Source: Mobula hypostoma (Eukaryota). From it: DNA of 64,000 bases. The stretch is taken from NCBI RefSeq assembly GCF_963921235.1, contig NC_086101.1, positions 190,526,001-190,590,000 on the forward strand. The letters run 5' to 3'. The translations under genes were made by a program, and so were the position numbers. Under the pieces are notes generated by a model, which saw nothing but the letters and a program-made list of their open reading frames with translations, was not told the DNA's origin and made no database searches. This document shows, piece after piece, positions 59,629 through 64,000 of this stretch (position 1 is its first letter; each line of letters starts with the position of its first letter).

Positions 59629-62600
59629 CATAGAAACATAGAAAATAGGTGCAAGAGTAGGCCATTCGGCCCTTCGAGCCTGCACCGCCATTTATTATGA
59701 TCATGGCTGATCATCCAACTCAGAACCCCGCCCCAGCCTTCCCTCCATACCCCCTGACCCCCATAGCCACAAGGGCCATACTAACTCCCTCTTAAATATA
59801 GCCAATGAACTGGCCTCAACTGTTTCCTGTGGCAGAGAATTCCACAGCTTCACCACTCTCTGTGTGAAGAAGTTTTTCCTAATCTCGGTTCTAAAAGGCT
59901 TCCCCTCTATCCTCAAACTGTGGCCCCTCGTTCTGGACTTCCCCAACATCGGGAACAATCTTCCTGCATCTAGCCTGTCCAATCCCTTTAGGATCTTATA
60001 CGTTTCAATCAGATCCCCCCTCAATCTTCTGAATTCCAATGAGTACAAGCCCAGTTCATCCAGTCTTTCTTCATATGAAAGTCCTGCCATCCCAGGAATC
60101 AATCTGGTGAACCTTCTTTGTACTCCCTCTATGGCAAAGATGTCTTTCCTCAGATTAGGGGACCAAAACTGCACACAATACTCCAGGTGTGGTCTCACCA
60201 AGGCCTTGTACAACTGCAGTAGTACCTCCCTGCTTCTGTACTCGAATCCTCTCGCTATAAATGCCAGCATACCATTCGCCTTTTTCACCGCCTGCTGTAC
60301 CTGCATGCCCACTTTCAATGACTGGTGTATAATGACACCCAGGTCTGGTTGCACCTCCCCTTTTCCTAATCGGCCACCATTCAGATAATAATCTGTTTTC
60401 CTATTTTTGTCACCAAAGTGGATAACTTCACATTTATCTACATTAAATTGCATCTGCCATGAATTTGCCCACTCACCCAACCTATCCAAGTCACCCTGCA
60501 TCCTCTTAGCATCCTCCTCACTGCTAACACTGCCACCCAGCTTCGTGTCATCCGCAAACTTGGAGATGCTGTATTTAATTCCCTCCTCCAAGTCATTAAT
60601 ATATATTGTAAACAACTGGGGTCCCAGCACTGAGCCTTGCGGTACCCCACTAGTCACCGCCTGCCATTCTGAAAAGGTCCCGTTTATTCCCACTCTTTGC
60701 TTCCTGTCTGCTAACCAATTCTCCACCCACACCAATACCTTACCCCTAATACTGTGTGCTTTAAGTTTGCACACTAATCTCCTGTGTGGGACCTTGTCAA
60801 AAGCCTTTTGAAAATCCAAATATACCACATCCACTGGTTCTCCCCTATCCACTCTACTAGTTACATCCTCAAAAAATTCTGAGATTCGTCAGACATGATT
60901 TTCCTTTCACAAATCCATGCTGACTTTGTCCGATCATTTCACCGCTTTCCAAATGTGCTGCTATCACATCCTTGATAACTGACTCCAGCAGTTTCCCCAC
61001 CACTGACGTTAGGCTAACCGGTCTATAATTCCCTGGTTTCTCTCTCCCTCCTTTTTTAAAAAGTGGAGTTACATTAGCCACCCTCCAATCCTCAGGAACT
61101 AGTCCAGAATCTAATGAGTTTTGAAAAATTATCACTAATGCATCCACTATTTCTTGGGCTACTTCCTTAAGCACTCTGGGATGCAGACCATCTGGCCCTG
61201 GGGATTTATCTGCCTTCAATCCCTTCAATTTACCTAACACCACTTCCCTACTAACATGTATTTCGCTCAGTTCCTCCATCTCACTGGACCCTCTGTCCCC
61301 TACTATTTCTGGAAGATTATTTATGTCCTCCTTAGTGAAGACAGAACCAAAGTAATTATTCAATTGGTCTGCCATGTCCTTGCTCCCCATAATCAATTCA
61401 CCTGTTTCTGTCTGCAAGGGACCTACATTTGTCTTTACCAGTCTTTTCCTTTTTACATATCTATAAAAGCTTTTACAGTCTGTTTTTATGTTCCCTGCCA
61501 GTTTTCTCTCATGATCTTTTTTCCCCCTTCCTAATTAAGCCCTTTGTCCTCCTCTGCTGAACTCTGAATTTCTCCCAGTCCTTAGGTGAGCCACTTTCTC
61601 TGGCTAATTTGTATGCTTCTTCTTTGGAATTGATACTATCCCGAATTTCTCTTGTTAGCCACGGGTGCACTACCTTCCTTGATTTATTGATTCCACATCT
61701 TCCCGGCTTATGTCCTTCTTTCCTATTGCGTTAATCTCTTCTTTAACCAGCAACGCCACCTCACCTCCCCTTCCTTCATGTCTGTCCCTCCTGAATATTG
61801 AATATCCCTGAACGTTGAGCTCCCATCCCTGGTCACCCTGGAGCCATGTCTCTGTGATCCCAACTATATCATAATCATTAATAACAATCTGCACTTTCAA
61901 TTCATCCACCTTGTTATGAATGCTCCTTGCATTGACACATAAAGCCTTCAGGCGCTCTTTTACAACTCTCTTAGCCCTTATACAATTATGTTGAAAAGTG
62001 GCCCTTTTTAATGCTTACCCTGGATTTGTCGGCCTGCCACTTTTACTTTTCTCCTTAGTACTTTTTGCTTCTACCCTCACTTTACACCTCTCTGTCTCTC
62101 TGCACTGGTTCCCATCCCTGTGTTGTGAACTAACCTCCTCACGCCTAGCCTCTTTAATTTGATTCCCACCCCCCAACCATTCTAGTTTAAAGTCACCTCA
62201 GTAGCCCCTGCTAATCTCCCTGCCAGGATATTGGTCCCCCTAGGATTCAAGTGTAACCCGTCCTTTTTGTACAGGTCACGCCTGCGCCAAAAGAGGTCCC
62301 TATGATCCAAAAACTTGAATCCCTGCCCCCTGCTCCAATCCCTCAGCCATGCATTTATCCTCCACCTCATCGCATTCCTACTCTCACTGTCGCGTGGCAC
62401 AGGCAGTAATCCCGAGATTACTACCTTTGCGGTCCTTTTTCTCAACTCCCTTCCTAGCTCCCTATATTCTCCTTTCAGGACCTCATCCCTTTTCCTACCT
62501 ATGTCATTGGTACCTATATGTACCACGACCTCTGGCTCCTCACCCTCCCACTTCAGGATATCTTGGACACGATCAGAAATATCCCGGACCCTGGCACCAG

Positions 62601-62997
62601 GGAGGCAAACTACCATCCGGGTCTCTGGACTGCGTCCACAGAATCGCCTATCTGACCCCCTTACTATTTAGTCCCCTATCACAACTGCCCTCCTCTTCCT
62701 TGCCCTACCCTTCTGAGCTACAGGGCCAGACTCTGTGCCGGAGGCACGGCCACTGTCGCTTCCCCTGGGTAAGCTGTCCCCCCCAACAGTACTCAAACAG
62801 GAGTACGTGTTGTTAAGGGGCACAGCCACCGGGGTACTCCCTATTACCTGACTTTTCCCCTTCCCCCTCCTAACCGTGACCCACTCCTCTCTATCACCTC
62901 CTCACTCTCCCTGACCAGACGAAGGCCATCGAGCTGCAGCTCCAGTTCCGTAATGCAGTCCCTTAGGAGCTGCATCTCGATGCACTTGCACTTGTTG
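59629..62997 (-). mobile_element. Near full-length CR1 LINE: ORF1 (Cys/coiled-coil remnant plus SGNH esterase-like), APE endonuclease (internally deleted), RT, tail
   Basis: KCIEMQLLRDCITELELQL (~62920-62997); CLPGARVRDI...VVHIGTND (62182-62616); YDIVGITETWL (61670-61909); 383-aa RT frame (59701-60852); (TTCTATG)n tail. Confidence 0.93.
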
Positions 62998-63258
62998 GAT
63001 CTCAGATTTTCCTGTTGTGTCCGTGGTTGCTAGGAGCTGCAGCAATAGGCCAGAAGGAAGAGAGGTACTTGGTTCCTCCCTTCTCCCCTTAACTTTTAAC
63101 ACCGTTATTAATCAATAACCTATCAGCCTCTGCTTTAAATATACCGAGTGAATTGTCCTCCACCACCTTTGTGGCAATGAGTTCCACAGATTCATCATCC
63201 TCTGGTTAAAGAAATTCCACCTCATTTACAGTCTACCTAAAGCAGGAGTTCCCAGCCT

Positions 63259-63390
63259 TTTATATGCCCTTACCATTAGCTGAGGGGCCCGTGGACCCCA
63301 GGTTTATATGCCCTTACCATTAGCTGAGGGGCCCGTGGACTCCAGGTTTATATGCCCTTACCATTAGCTGAGGGGCCCGTGGACCCCAGG
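63259..63390. repeat. Three tandem 44-bp units inside a hAT-like MITE
   Basis: tttatatgcccttaccattagctgaggggcccgtggac(c/t)ccagg x3, preceded by the TIR-like caggagttcccagcc. Confidence 0.9.
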
Positions 63391-63417
63391 TTTGGACATC
63401 CTTCTATTTTGAGACCT

Positions 63418-63530
63418 TGTTGTTGAGTGCCGTCCAGTTGTTATTGACTCATGGTGACCCTATGCATAGTGTAGTTGTCCATCGGGTTTTTGTGCAAGAC
63501 ACAGAAGTAGATTGCCAGGCCTTTCTTCTG
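63418..63530 (-). mobile_element. 113-bp RTE-type retroposon 3' end with (CAA)n tail
   Basis: Minus strand reads agaagaaaggcctggcaatctacttc...catagggtcaccatgagtc...ggacggcactcaacaaca; 12-bp TSD attttgagacct (63406-63417 / 63531-63542). Confidence 0.75.
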
Positions 63531-64000
63531 ATTTTGAGACCTAGATTCCTCCTAGGACCGAGGAAACATTCTCTACATCCACTCAATCTAAGCCTTCCAA
63601 TAATTGATAGATTTGAATGAGATTCTACCCCCCCCCCCGATTCATCTAAACTCCAGCGAGTACAAGTTCAGAGCCATCAAACACTCCTCATATGTTAACC
63701 CTTTCATTTCCGGGATAATTTTTGTGAACCTCCGTTGGAACCTCCAATACCAGTACATCTTTTCTTCGGCAAGGGGCCCAAAATGCTCATGATGCTGTAA
63801 ATACGGTCTGACGCATACCTTGTAAAGCCTCAGCATTACATCCTTGCTGTTTCTTCTAGTCCTCTGGAAATGACTATTAGCATTGTTTTTGCTTTTCATA
63901 CCACTGATTCAACCTGCAAGTTAACCTTTGGAGAAATCAGCACGAGGACTCCAGAGAACCTTTATACCACTTGGCAGGAGTTCATGCAGGCGTATAATGT

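Overview
Repeat-dense vertebrate genomic DNA. The repeat content (HE1-like tRNA SINEs, several CR1 subfamilies, Rex1/Babar LINEs, Penelope-like elements) suggests a cartilaginous fish, probably a ray; this is an inference, not a database result. Two host genes face away from each other. (1) Minus strand: a Siglec-15-like Ig receptor with a signal-peptide exon (7909-7957) that splices in phase to a V-set exon (3241-3657). The sialic-acid-binding Arg of the F strand is replaced by Leu, and no C2 or transmembrane exon is visible in the window. (2) Plus strand: SLC5A6 (sodium-dependent multivitamin transporter), with three coding exons (44875-45222, 50833-50898, 58948-58999). Its likely promoter is a CpG island with five CCAATCA boxes at about 26.3-27.1 kb. 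The strongest unexpected signal is a minimal type I hammerhead ribozyme motif (CUGAYGA-stem II-GAAAC-GUC) in the 3' repeat of the Penelope-like elements. It also occurs in short (~240 bp) TSD-flanked, non-coding fold-back elements that carry an intact-looking hammerhead on each strand. Most ORFs in the supplied track are retroelement fragments or spurious. All calls come from reading the sequence by eye, and repeat boundaries are approximate unless a TSD or TIR is quoted.
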